62,259 nt of DNA from a virus (taxonomy: Duplodnaviria > Caudoviricetes). How positions within the stretch are numbered: the stretch's first letter is position 1; the number at the start of each line of letters is the position of its first letter. The stretch is taken from positions 1 to 62,259 of the IMG/VR virus record IMGVR_UViG_3300013132_000055; one strand, written 5' to 3'. The notes beneath the pieces were generated by a model that worked only from the letters and a program-made list of their open reading frames with translations, made no database searches and was not told the origin of the DNA. Made by a program: the position numbers and the translations under genes. Positions 1-9,352 of the stretch are shown in pieces.

Positions 1-1
1 C

Positions 2-100
2 TACACCAACAGCCGTGGATGGACCGAGCCGTACAAGGTCATGCGAACGGACAACACCTTCACCACAGATGTCTTCACCTTTGAGTTCCTGTCTTCGTGA
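2..100 (+). CDS. 3' end of an upstream CDS (partial, ...YTNSRGWTEPYKVMRTDNTFTTDVFTFEFLSS*)
   Basis: Open frame from the window edge to TGA at 98-100, typical codon usage, ends 7 nt before the next ATG. Confidence 0.6.
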   Translation, partial: YTNSRGWTEPYKVMRTDNTFTTDVFTFEFLSS

Positions 101-107
101 GTGAATC

Positions 108-518
108 ATGCCCGTAGAGATACCGTCCAACATGGTGCAGATTGGAAGATCGGTTCGTGTCGAGCAAGGCTCGCCGTCGAACTTCTACCACCTATCCCAT
201 GTGACGGATACCGACATCTCCGTCAAGGGGATACTCGGGACGGGCTATATCACATCAAGTCCCGTGAATCCTTCGACGGGGGACAAGTACATCATCGTCG
301 CAGGTTCCCCCATCAGCATCTCGGGATCGGCGAACAACGACATCCTTGAGTGGAACGGAAGCGCATGGACGCTCTTCCTTGATGTGAGCAACACCATCAC
401 CAACTTCGGAATGGTCTATGACAGGACCACGAAGAGGATCTACCAATACGACAGCACCGAGGGGTGGAGAGCCCTGATCGTGTCGAAAGCCACCATCGAC
501 GGCGGCACCTTCCCCTAA
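108..518 (+). CDS. Virion/fibre-associated protein, DUF2793-like
   Basis: 136 aa; GDKYIIVAG...DILEWNGSAW resembles the DUF2793 pattern; ends IDGGTF, a common fibre-type C-terminus. Confidence 0.6.
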   Translation: MPVEIPSNMVQIGRSVRVEQGSPSNFYHLSHVTDTDISVKGILGTGYITSSPVNPSTGDKYIIVAGSPISISGSANNDILEWNGSAWTLFLDVSNTITNFGMVYDRTTKRIYQYDSTEGWRALIVSKATIDGGTFP

Positions 519-521
519 ATA
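515..521 (+). promoter_or_regulatory. gp55-type late promoter CTAAATA
   Basis: Variant of T4 TATAAATA; overlaps the upstream stop, 18 nt before ATG 540 with AAGGA RBS. Confidence 0.7.
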
Positions 522-539
522 GCAAGCAAGGAACCATAG

Positions 540-1904
540 ATGTCATCAGTCTTCACTCCACCACCGAATCCCTCTGACGGCGAGGCATACACCTTCGGAA
601 ACCTCGTATGGAACTATGAGGCGGACAACGGCGTTTGGAACATCGCTAGCGGCACCATCATTGGAGGACAGGGTGCCACGGGTCCTGCTGGATCGAATGG
701 AACCAATGGAACCAATGGAACCGATGGCGTAACGGGTGCAACGGGTGCAACGGGTGCAACGGGTGGATTCATCGGGTTCCTCTACACCTTCCGCCATCCA
801 AGTACGGCGACATTCACGACAAGTAATCTTCCCCCAAACGGAGTAATCGGTTTTGCCTCTAACACGGTAGGCAGCAACACGCTGTTCATCAACGACATCG
901 ATCAAGGTGGTGCCACGAACGGCACCGCCATCGGTCGGTTCGATGATTCCACCGACAACTCTTCCGATGGAACGATCTTCATCAGGTGTACCTTCTCGCT
1001 GACGGGTGAGTCGGTTTTCACGCAGGGCACTACACTTACCAACACAGTCAGCAGCGGAATCGCAACGAAGAGTTTCGGTGGAACGCTCGACACCGCACTT
1101 GTCGATCTTCCACCCGATGGATCGTTGGTCTCCTTGGTTCATTTCCGCACAGGAAACCGTGGAGCCGTAGGATCTCAAGGTGTTGCGGGTCTCACGGGTG
1201 CGGGTGTCACGGGCTTCTCCGTTGGTTCTGACGGAATCCTCCGTGGCGTGTTCATCAACAGGGGTGCATCCGAACCTCAGATTGCGGGTCAGACGGGAGA
1301 CATCACTCTCGGCTACATCAAGGGAACCACGGGCCCCGTTGGCGGAACGACGCAACAAGTCCTCTTCGTGGACGCTGCTGTCCCCTACGGCGCATCGGGC
1401 AACAACAACCTCAGGTTTGATGGAACCGCCCTTACCTTCGGTGCGGCGAGTTCAAGCGCACGAATGGCGATCACGGGAGACAACCTTCGCCTCGGCTACA
1501 CGATGGAGGTGCATGACGGCATCTTCACCACCCCCGCAGAGCGTTCCCCGTATCGGGACATGGGATCGATCTCGACCCTGACGATCAACGCCACGGGCGG
1601 CAGCATCCAACGCTACAAGGTGACACCGCAGTCTAACTTCAGGGTCACTACGGGCAGCGGATGGCACCCCGACAGCACGGTCACCGAGACCATCGCCGTC
1701 ATCATCCAAACCACGAACGGAACCACGGGTGAGTTCGCCGCAAGCGTACTCACCGAGAGGGGCAGCAGGAAGCCGATTCTCCTCGGTGTCACGGGCGGCA
1801 TAGACATCCTCAGCATCATGCGTGTCAAGACCTCTAGCGGCGGACTCACGATGGGCTTCCAAGTCGCCAACGGAATGACCGCTGCGAACTTCAGCATCGA
1901 CTGA
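540..1904 (+). CDS. Collagen-repeat fibre/virion protein
   Basis: 454 aa; N-terminal P..P.DG.AY.FG...W.Y....GVW motif, G-X-Y repeats (GATGPAGSNGTNGTNGTDGVTGATGATGATG), Gly/Thr-rich. Confidence 0.8.
   Translation: MSSVFTPPPNPSDGEAYTFGNLVWNYEADNGVWNIASGTIIGGQGATGPAGSNGTNGTNGTDGVTGATGATGATGGFIGFLYTFRHPSTATFTTSNLPPNGVIGFASNTVGSNTLFINDIDQGGATNGTAIGRFDDSTDNSSDGTIFIRCTFSLTGESVFTQGTTLTNTVSSGIATKSFGGTLDTALVDLPPDGSLVSLVHFRTGNRGAVGSQGVAGLTGAGVTGFSVGSDGILRGVFINRGASEPQIAGQTGDITLGYIKGTTGPVGGTTQQVLFVDAAVPYGASGNNNLRFDGTALTFGAASSSARMAITGDNLRLGYTMEVHDGIFTTPAERSPYRDMGSISTLTINATGGSIQRYKVTPQSNFRVTTGSGWHPDSTVTETIAVIIQTTNGTTGEFAASVLTERGSRKPILLGVTGGIDILSIMRVKTSSGGLTMGFQVANGMTAANFSID
672..767 (+). repeat. 9-bp coding tandem repeats (collagen-like GXT/GTN)
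   Basis: ggaaccaat and acgggtgca tandem units. Confidence 0.85.
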
Positions 1905-1922
1905 CGAAAGGCACTCTGCACC

Positions 1923-3662
1923 ATGGGCTTTGCTTGGCACAAACTGATTCCTCGTCCCATCGAAGAGACGCTCGGATGTCTCGACTATTGCTGCTGCGAT
2001 CTTGCTTGCATGCTGACAGTATGTCCTGATCTCTATCCACCAAATCCCGTATACGACAATGATGGAAACATCATCTGTTACGGAAATCAACCGAGTATTG
2101 CACCGAACGGATGCTGCGAGAGGACGATCACGGTCATAGTCTGCACTTGGTCTTGGGACCCAAGTGGGAATGGGGGATTGGGGGAATGGATATCGTTTTG
2201 TGAACCCGAGTCAATGAAGGTTCGCTGTGCATGCTCGGGTGTATACACGCCCGTCGATGACCCCTACGATCCCGACCGAACTTTCCCAGGCGGACCCATG
2301 ACTATGAGGATCACCCTCGGGGATATATCCGACTCGCCCTTCCCATGTACAAGGGTAAATGCCGAAAACTACGCATCCAAGATCGGATGTGATCCAAACA
2401 ACATTTCTGACGAGTTCCCGAGAAGGTATTACAACACCCCCGAACAGGCGGCAGGACTGACTGCGTTCGGATATACGAGGATTTGCAATAGGATCATCAC
2501 ATATTCAGTTCCCGATAGGACGATGATTCTCTCGGGCAGAAACAAATACCGCTACACGGGTTTCCTCTCACCTGAAGCATCCACATTCAACTGCTTGGTG
2601 CCCACTATCATCGACAATCCAGGCGCAAGCGGACTGAGTCAGATGGAGGGTTCTCTCTCCCGACAGTTTCCTGCATCGGACGATGTCCTCGGAAGCCCCT
2701 TGTGGGGAGCGAGGATCGCAACAGGTGCGGGTCCTGATCAGGGCGACGATCCGACCTGCTATCCAAACGCATGTTTCGGCAGCGGTTGCTATGCAGTCGT
2801 GGACAACGATGCAACGGGTCACTACCTGCCGTCCACCACGGTCGGTCAGGGTTACTTCTCGTTCTCATGCTTCAACCCATACGCAGAGTGGAAGGGACGC
2901 AACGAAACGGTAGGTCTCCCGACATGCTCTCTCTATTCCATGGTTTGGGCTGCATACGACTCGGCATGGCGTGAGTATGTCGCTGCGGATGGTTTTTACA
3001 CCACAGAGTCGGCAATACTTGGTGCGGGTGGGACAATCGCAAGCACATTCACGACCCTCAGAAGCAGGTTGTCAACCCTGCTCTCGACCGATCCCTCGGG
3101 AACGGTCGGAGGCGTATCGAATGTTCAGTTGCAACTTGAGTCGTTTGAAGATGGACTCCAATCCTTCATCGATGCGTACTACCTCAATGAGTACAGTTCT
3201 CTCCTCGGCTACAGGGTATTCACCGCTCCTCAGGTGTTCCTGTGGGACCGTGCCTCGTACATCGCAGCGAATGCGGCGAATAAGTGGAAGCACCTCTACA
3301 TCGCAGGAAGCGCAAACATCCTCTTGGACACGGGATGCACCGCCACAGGTGGATGGAAGGGATTCAAGACGGTGCTTGACGAGGTGACGCACGACATGAC
3401 TTGGGGATCGACTCATGCCGCTCAACTGATCGGATTCATGGGATGCAACAACCAAGCGGGCTCCCTCCAAAAGGTGGTTTTGGCGGACATCGGCTGCGGA
3501 GTCGGTGGCTCCGATCCATATTTCGATGTGTCCTGCTCCATCTGTGCGACAGACGCCGAACCTTACTACATGGATCCCGCATACGACTGCGTCCCGCACC
3601 CACAGAATCCAGATCAGTCCTATCTCTCGCTGCTCGACCCGTTCTGCACCTGCTGCACCTGA
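1923..3662 (+). CDS. Cysteine-rich hypothetical protein
   Basis: 579 aa ORF, about 31 Cys by hand count, YCCC near the N-terminus and CTCCT at the C-terminus. Confidence 0.75.
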   Translation: MGFAWHKLIPRPIEETLGCLDYCCCDLACMLTVCPDLYPPNPVYDNDGNIICYGNQPSIAPNGCCERTITVIVCTWSWDPSGNGGLGEWISFCEPESMKVRCACSGVYTPVDDPYDPDRTFPGGPMTMRITLGDISDSPFPCTRVNAENYASKIGCDPNNISDEFPRRYYNTPEQAAGLTAFGYTRICNRIITYSVPDRTMILSGRNKYRYTGFLSPEASTFNCLVPTIIDNPGASGLSQMEGSLSRQFPASDDVLGSPLWGARIATGAGPDQGDDPTCYPNACFGSGCYAVVDNDATGHYLPSTTVGQGYFSFSCFNPYAEWKGRNETVGLPTCSLYSMVWAAYDSAWREYVAADGFYTTESAILGAGGTIASTFTTLRSRLSTLLSTDPSGTVGGVSNVQLQLESFEDGLQSFIDAYYLNEYSSLLGYRVFTAPQVFLWDRASYIAANAANKWKHLYIAGSANILLDTGCTATGGWKGFKTVLDEVTHDMTWGSTHAAQLIGFMGCNNQAGSLQKVVLADIGCGVGGSDPYFDVSCSICATDAEPYYMDPAYDCVPHPQNPDQSYLSLLDPFCTCCT

Positions 3663-3755
3663 TCGAACGATTTGATTTTGCGAGTCCGTGCCTTACCGAA
3701 CAGTCGGTCGAGGTCGATATCCCTACATACACCGCATCTCAGGAGAGCATTTACC

Positions 3756-5699
3756 ATGAGCGACCTCGTCGGTCTTCCCACACTCTATCAGCAGTTCATC
3801 CACCTCAGCCGCTACAGCAGGTGGTTGCCCGAGAAGGGTCGGAGGGAGACTTGGGTCGAGACAGTTGACCGCTACTTCGACTTCTTCGACGAAAACCTCA
3901 TGGAGTATCACAAGTACTCGTTGCCACAGGAGATCCGTGAGGAACTCCGACAGGCTGTCATCAACCTTGAGGTCATGCCTTCGATGCGCTGCCTGATGAC
4001 GGCGGGCGAGGCACTCAGGCGTGACAACATCGCAGGGTACAACTGCTCCTATGCACACATCAACCGTGTCCGTGCGTTCGATGAGATCCTTTATGTCCTC
4101 ATGTGCGGCACGGGTGTCGGCTTCTCCGTCGAGCGTCAGTTCGTAGAGAAGTTGCCCACCATCGCAGAGGAGTTCTCGGACACCGACACGACCATCGTGG
4201 TCGCCGACAGCAAGCAGGGGTGGGCTAAGGCGTTCCGTGAGTTGATCAGCCTTCTCCTCGTCGGTCAAGTCCCCAAGTGGGACCTCTCCAAGATTCGTCC
4301 TGTGGGTGCGAGGCTCAAAACCTTCGGCGGTCGGGCAAGCGGTCCCCGTCCCCTGAACGACCTGTTTCAGTTCACGGTCGAGACCTTCCGCAAGGCTGCG
4401 GGTCGCAAGTTGACCTCGGTCGAGTGCCACGACATCGTCTGCAAGACGGCAGAGATTGTGGTGGTCGGTGGTGTGCGCCGTTCGGCACTCATCTCGCTCT
4501 CCAACCTCACGGACGAGCGCATGAGGGATGCGAAGAGCGGTGCATGGTGGGAAGCGAACCCGCAGAGAGCCCTCGCCAACAACAGCGTTGCTTACAAGGA
4601 GAAGCCCGACATCGGCATCTTCATGGAGGAATGGGTCTCCCTCTACAAGTCCAAGAGCGGTGAGCGTGGCATCTTCAACCGTGCCGCAGCGCAGAAGACG
4701 GTCGCCAAGTTGGGAGACCGTCGAAGCCCGAACCATGAGTTCGGCACGAATCCATGCTCGGAGATCATCCTCCGTGACCGTGAGTTCTGCAACCTCAGCG
4801 AGATCATCGTGCGGGAATCCGACACGATGGAGGACCTTCGCAGGAAAACCCGCCTCGCCACGATCCTCGGGACCATGCAGTCCACGCTCGTCAACTTCCA
4901 ATATATCTCCTCGGAGTGGCGCAAAAACTGCGAGGAGGAGCGTCTCCTCGGCGTGAGCCTCACGGGCATCCTCGACAATCCGATGCTCTACGACTACGAC
5001 AGGGACACCCTGATGCAGCGTCAGGAGGAACTGAAAAAGATCGCCAACGAGACAAACCTTGAGTGGTCACGGACCATCGGGATCAATCCTTCGGCTGCGA
5101 TCACCTGCGTCAAGCCCTCGGGAACCGTGTCGCAGTTGACCGATGCCGCCTCGGGGATCCACCCACGCCACGCTCCCTACTACATCCGCACCGTCCGTGC
5201 CGACAACAAAGATCCCCTGTGCGTGATGATGAAGGACCTCGGCTTCCCCCACGAAGCCGATGTGATGAAGCCCGAGCATACCACGGTCTTCTCGTTCCCG
5301 ATGAAGTCACCCGATGATGCCGTGTACCGCAAGGACATGACGGCACTTGAGCATCTCGACCTGTGGCTGACCTATCAGCGGTACTGGTGCGAACACAAGC
5401 CTTCGATCACCGTGACCGTCAAGGAGCATGAGTGGATGGAGGTCGGCGCATTCGTGTACAAGCACTTTGATGAGATCAGCGGGATCTCGTTCCTGCCGTT
5501 CTCCGACCACTCCTACCGACAGGCACCCTATCAGGACTGCACGGTCGATGAGTACCACGGACTCCTCAACAGGATGCCAAAGGATGTCGATTGGCTCCTC
5601 CTCTCCAAGTACGAGAAGGAAGACAATACGGTCGGCAATCAGACTTTTGCATGCTCGGGAGACAAGTGCGAGATCGTTGACCTCACGGCGACAGGCTAA
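3756..5699 (+). CDS. nrdJ: Class II (adenosylcobalamin-dependent) ribonucleotide reductase, monomeric RTPR type
   Basis: YNCSY, GTGVGFSVE, GGVRRSALI, TNPCSEI, CNLSE, VKPSGT motifs and C-terminal ACSGDKC; start moved to ATG 3756 after AGGAG RBS. Confidence 0.93.
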   Translation: MSDLVGLPTLYQQFIHLSRYSRWLPEKGRRETWVETVDRYFDFFDENLMEYHKYSLPQEIREELRQAVINLEVMPSMRCLMTAGEALRRDNIAGYNCSYAHINRVRAFDEILYVLMCGTGVGFSVERQFVEKLPTIAEEFSDTDTTIVVADSKQGWAKAFRELISLLLVGQVPKWDLSKIRPVGARLKTFGGRASGPRPLNDLFQFTVETFRKAAGRKLTSVECHDIVCKTAEIVVVGGVRRSALISLSNLTDERMRDAKSGAWWEANPQRALANNSVAYKEKPDIGIFMEEWVSLYKSKSGERGIFNRAAAQKTVAKLGDRRSPNHEFGTNPCSEIILRDREFCNLSEIIVRESDTMEDLRRKTRLATILGTMQSTLVNFQYISSEWRKNCEEERLLGVSLTGILDNPMLYDYDRDTLMQRQEELKKIANETNLEWSRTIGINPSAAITCVKPSGTVSQLTDAASGIHPRHAPYYIRTVRADNKDPLCVMMKDLGFPHEADVMKPEHTTVFSFPMKSPDDAVYRKDMTALEHLDLWLTYQRYWCEHKPSITVTVKEHEWMEVGAFVYKHFDEISGISFLPFSDHSYRQAPYQDCTVDEYHGLLNRMPKDVDWLLLSKYEKEDNTVGNQTFACSGDKCEIVDLTATG

Positions 5700-5702
5700 A
5701 TA
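5696..5702 (+). promoter_or_regulatory. Late promoter CTAAATA
   Basis: Overlaps the nrdJ stop, 20 nt before ATG 5723. Confidence 0.65.
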
Positions 5703-5722
5703 GCGGGGAGTCTTTCTTCACT

Positions 5723-6112
5723 ATGGATGTCATCGTGGATGTCGCCGTCTGCATTCTATGGATCGCCATGATCCTCTACATCGGCTTCGATACGAACGCC
5801 GTGTTCTCGTACCTCAAGCGTCTGCCCACGCTGAACTTCATCACCCATGTGGTGGACTACGAGAAGGAGCAGCAGAGTAGAAACTGGCAGATGTCCTACT
5901 CGCTGTACATGCAGGTGAACCACGGCGGCTTCCTCGTCAGCCTACTCACCTGTAGGTACTGCCTCGGTGCATGGCTGGCGATCATCGCCTCGGCTGTGGT
6001 GAAGGACTACGAGTGGATGCCCCTCATCTTCTTCGGATCGCAACTCGCATACACGGGATTCCGTGCGTTGGACAGACACCTCATGGAGGCAGGAGATCAG
6101 GATGTCGGCTGA
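5723..6112 (+). CDS. Membrane protein, DUF1360-like
   Basis: Hydrophobic helices and LLTCRYCLGAW (CxxC..W) motif. Confidence 0.6.
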   Translation: MDVIVDVAVCILWIAMILYIGFDTNAVFSYLKRLPTLNFITHVVDYEKEQQSRNWQMSYSLYMQVNHGGFLVSLLTCRYCLGAWLAIIASAVVKDYEWMPLIFFGSQLAYTGFRALDRHLMEAGDQDVG

Positions 6113-6404
6113 GAACGAGATCATGTTCAACAGCATCGAAGAGATGTTCAACCACATCATGTCCCGTGGAGGTGCCGAGCAATCGACGCACGGGACAACG
6201 GGGCTGTTCACCGCCCTGATGAAGAACTTCACCAATCCCAACACCTGCTCCTGCAAGAAGACCAAGGCGGCGAGGGCGAACATTGTCTCGGTCGCTAGGA
6301 ACCTGAACACCCTGTCGGGAGATCAACTCGTAGCCACCCGAGCCCTCTTCGACGGCAAGGTCGTGATCCTGCGTGAGGCGAACCAAGAGATCGCCCGCTT
6401 CTGA
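6102..6404 (+). CDS. Hypothetical protein
   Basis: ATG 6102 after AGGAG; 100 aa with CSC motif; typical codon usage. Confidence 0.65.
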   Translation: MSAENEIMFNSIEEMFNHIMSRGGAEQSTHGTTGLFTALMKNFTNPNTCSCKKTKAARANIVSVARNLNTLSGDQLVATRALFDGKVVILREANQEIARF

Positions 6405-6431
6405 CGAAAATGGTCAGGGGATAGATACCGC

Positions 6432-6908
6432 ATGGGGGCATCTATGTGGAACCACAGGGTAGTGCGCAAGACCATGAAGGTCGGCGACAGGCTCCACACC
6501 TTCTATGGTGTGCATGAGGTCTACTACGACGATAAGGGACAGCCCATCGGGGTCACGGAGAACTCCGTGGATCTCTACGGGGACAACCCGACCGAGATGC
6601 TCCGTTCCCTCGGGGACATCGCACAGGCTTTCACCAAGCAGATACTCGACTACGAGGACTTGAGGAGTAAGGAAGTCTCCCCATCGTCGTTGGATGACCT
6701 GATGAGCCTCAAGGACATCACCTTCCTGCACGACGAGAACGAACACAGGGTCAGCAAGAAGGCATACGAGAGGGCGATACGGGAGACCGAGAAGGAGCGT
6801 GTCCTCTCGGAAATCATCTATTCCAATGAATGCGAGGGCAAGTCGGTCGATGAAGTCATGCGCTTCTCGGCGATCCTCAAGCAACAGTTGGGAAGGTCGA
6901 ACGCCTAA
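6432..6908 (+). CDS. Conserved phage hypothetical protein (WNHRV...YGVHEVYY type)
   Basis: 158 aa ORF preceded by ATAGATA; N-terminal motif familiar from phage hypotheticals. Confidence 0.7.
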   Translation: MGASMWNHRVVRKTMKVGDRLHTFYGVHEVYYDDKGQPIGVTENSVDLYGDNPTEMLRSLGDIAQAFTKQILDYEDLRSKEVSPSSLDDLMSLKDITFLHDENEHRVSKKAYERAIRETEKERVLSEIIYSNECEGKSVDEVMRFSAILKQQLGRSNA

Positions 6909-6911
6909 ATA
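6905..6911 (+). promoter_or_regulatory. Late promoter CTAAATA
   Basis: Upstream of AAGGAG RBS and the small ORF at 6934. Confidence 0.7.
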
Positions 6912-6933
6912 GAGAGAAGAAAGGAGTACTCAC

Positions 6934-7056
6934 ATGGAAGCAATCGGTTGGGCCATCGTCGCCTTCGTGGCGGGTGCGTTCCTCGGCGCACCGCTCTGGT
7001 CTTGGATCAAGACCACCTGGTCTTGGATCAAGACCAAGTTGCCTTGGAACAAGTGA
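6934..7056 (+). CDS. 40-aa single-TM Trp-rich peptide (not in the ORF track)
   Basis: MEAIGWAIVAFVAGAFLGAPLWSWIKTTWSWIKTKLPWNK; AAGGAG RBS at 6921-6926; own late promoter. Confidence 0.75.
   Translation: MEAIGWAIVAFVAGAFLGAPLWSWIKTTWSWIKTKLPWNK
6996..7037 (+). repeat. 21-bp tandem duplication, each unit a palindrome
   Basis: ctggtcttggatcaagacca(c/a) x2; TGGTCTTG-gat-CAAGACCA inverted repeat. Confidence 0.9.
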
Positions 7057-7083
7057 CCACAAACTTTTCGTAATGGATGCCCC

Positions 7084-8778
7084 GTGATCAAGTTCAAGAA
7101 GATTCGCTGGAAGAACTTCCTCTCCACGGGGAACATCTACAGCGAAATGCAGTTGGACAAAACCGAGACCACCTTGGTACTCGGCGAGAACGGAGCAGGG
7201 AAGTCCACAATGTTGGATGCTCTCTGCTTCGTTCTTTTCAACAAACCCTACCGCTCCGTAAACCTCCCGCAACTCGTCTCTTCGATCAACGAGAAGGACT
7301 GCGTCGTGGAGGTTCACTTCACGGACGGAAGCACCGACTACAAGGTGGTCCGTGGGCAGTCGCCCAAGGTCTTTGAGGTGTGGTCGAACGGCAAGTTGAT
7401 CGACCAAGACTCCAAGGCGAGGGACTATCAGCGCATGCTTGAGGAGACAATCCTCGACATGAACTACAAGTCGTTCTGTCAGGTCGTGATCCTCGGGTCC
7501 GCAAACTACATCCCGTTCATGCGCCTACCCGCAGCCGAGCGCAGATCCGTGGTCGAGTCCATCCTCGACATCGGCGTGTTCTCCACGATGAATGCGCAAC
7601 TGAAGGAGAGGATCAGCGTGAACAAGGAGGAGTTGCAACATGCCGAGGCGGCGGTGTCGGTCGCCCGTGAGCGTGTGTCCCTCCTCAAGCGGATGGTCGA
7701 GGAGGACAGGAAGCGTCAGGAGCATGACGATGCGTGGGAGGCGGAGGAGATCGCCAAGGCGAGGGAGGAGATCCGCATCATCAGGGAGCAGTCCGCCGAG
7801 CATTCCAAGGAGATGTCCGACCTCATGGACTCCATCAAGGACGAGGACTCGGCGAGGAACACCAAGGTCAAGTTCGGGGAGATACGGTCGCAGATGTCGA
7901 AGAGGGTCTCCGCACTCGGGAAGGAGATTGCTTTCTACGAGACGAACGACACCTGCCCTACCTGCACACAGAGAATCGACCAAGGCTTCAGGGACTCAGC
8001 CCTGTCGAAGGCTCGGTCGAGGACGGACGAGATCAACAAAGCACTCGGCGAGGTCGATGGACACATCGCCTTGACGGACAGCCGACTCACCGAGATCTCA
8101 AAGGTCGTGTCCCGTGTGCGTGAACTGAACACGGCGATCATGCGGAAGGCGAACGAGGTCGATGCCGCCGAGAAGCGGATCGCAGGGATCGGCAGGAAAC
8201 CAACGGTCGCAAGCACGGCGGAGAAGGACCTCGCCGATGCCGTGACGGCGGAGGAGGAGTCACTCGACACCAAGCGTGACTTGGTCGAGGAGCAGCACTA
8301 CCTCTCTCTAGCCGCCACCCTGCTCAAGGACAGCGGCATCAAGAGCCGCATCATCAAGAACTACATCCCCGTCATCAACGACACGATCAACAAGTACCTG
8401 ACGAAGATGAACTTCTTCGTTGCGTTCCAACTTGACGAGGAGTTCAACGAGACCATCAGGTCTAGGCACAGGGACGAGTTCACCTACGCATCGTTCAGCG
8501 AGGGAGAGAAGCGCAAGATCGACCTCGCCCTCCTCTTCGCATGGAGAAGGATTGCGGCGATGAAGAACAGCATCACCACGAACATACTGATCCTTGACGA
8601 GATCCTCGACGGAAGCCTTGACGATCAAGGCACCGATGCCTTCCTCGACATCGTCGGGGGACTCGACAAGGAAACGAACACATTCGTCATCAGCCACAAG
8701 CCGAAGGAGATCCTTCAGGACAAGTTCGACAGGACGGTGCAGTTCGTGAAGCGTGGGAACTTCAGCAGGATGGCGTGA
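7084..8778 (+). CDS. gp46: Recombination endonuclease subunit, Rad50/SbcC-like
   Basis: Walker A GENGAGKS, zinc hook CPTC, FSEGE signature, Walker B ILILDE. Confidence 0.96.
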   Translation: MIKFKKIRWKNFLSTGNIYSEMQLDKTETTLVLGENGAGKSTMLDALCFVLFNKPYRSVNLPQLVSSINEKDCVVEVHFTDGSTDYKVVRGQSPKVFEVWSNGKLIDQDSKARDYQRMLEETILDMNYKSFCQVVILGSANYIPFMRLPAAERRSVVESILDIGVFSTMNAQLKERISVNKEELQHAEAAVSVARERVSLLKRMVEEDRKRQEHDDAWEAEEIAKAREEIRIIREQSAEHSKEMSDLMDSIKDEDSARNTKVKFGEIRSQMSKRVSALGKEIAFYETNDTCPTCTQRIDQGFRDSALSKARSRTDEINKALGEVDGHIALTDSRLTEISKVVSRVRELNTAIMRKANEVDAAEKRIAGIGRKPTVASTAEKDLADAVTAEEESLDTKRDLVEEQHYLSLAATLLKDSGIKSRIIKNYIPVINDTINKYLTKMNFFVAFQLDEEFNETIRSRHRDEFTYASFSEGEKRKIDLALLFAWRRIAAMKNSITTNILILDEILDGSLDDQGTDAFLDIVGGLDKETNTFVISHKPKEILQDKFDRTVQFVKRGNFSRMA

Positions 8779-9111
8779 TCACTCGGTGATCAGGCGTAGG
8801 TTCTGCGGGACCGATGCCTCGGGGATGACGATGCCCGTCACGGCGGAGGTGTATTGGTCTCGGAGGTTCTTCCTCGGCACCGCCCTGAAGAGGACCGAGG
8901 TCTCGGGGATCATCAACTTGCCCGTCTCGCAGTACGGGATCCAAGGTGCGAGACCGATCTCGCCCTGCCCCATCGGGAGCATGATGATCGGGTTCTTCAG
9001 TTCGTAGCACCTGATGTTCCTCTCGTCCGAGGAGATGTCGCCGATGTTGCACTCTGCGAGGATCTCCTCACCCGAGGTGAGACGGAAGAGTCGGATGTTC
9101 ACGGGATTCAT
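8779..9111 (-). CDS. Conserved T4-like hypothetical protein (Sm-like, RL.SGEEI motif)
   Basis: 110 aa, IRLFRLTSGEEILAE. Confidence 0.7.
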   Translation of the reverse strand: MNPVNIRLFRLTSGEEILAECNIGDISSDERNIRCYELKNPIIMLPMGQGEIGLAPWIPYCETGKLMIPETSVLFRAVPRKNLRDQYTSAVTGIVIPEASVPQNLRLITE

Positions 9112-9123
9112 GTCGTAGTTCGG

Positions 9124-9339
9124 TCAGGTGATTCCACCTGCGCTCCAATAGGGTGTCTTCTCTCGTTCCTTGGCTATCTGCTTCCTAGAGGGCGAGAGGT
9201 TCCTCGCATCCCTGTAGGAGGGCTTCTTGGCTCGTTCGGGCTTCCCCGTGCGGAGGTCTAGGGTCGTGGTCACATGACCCCCGCCCCCACGGGCGACAGC
9301 CGTTGACCATTCACGGATGAACTCGCCGAAGGTCTGCAT
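9124..9339 (-). CDS. Small basic protein with capsid-targeting-like N-terminus (putative internal head protein)
   Basis: MQTFGEFIRE resembles T4 CTS MKTYQEFIAE; CTAAATA 6 nt upstream. Confidence 0.65.
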   Translation of the reverse strand: MQTFGEFIREWSTAVARGGGGHVTTTLDLRTGKPERAKKPSYRDARNLSPSRKQIAKEREKTPYWSAGGIT

Positions 9340-9345
9340 GGGGGG

Positions 9346-9352
9346 TATTTAG
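9346..9352 (-). promoter_or_regulatory. Late promoter CTAAATA
   Basis: TATTTAG on the + strand, overlapping the gp47 stop. Confidence 0.7.

Noticed and set aside
3672-3755. TTG-start extension of nrdJ
   Set aside because: RBS and promoter-like motif point to ATG 3756
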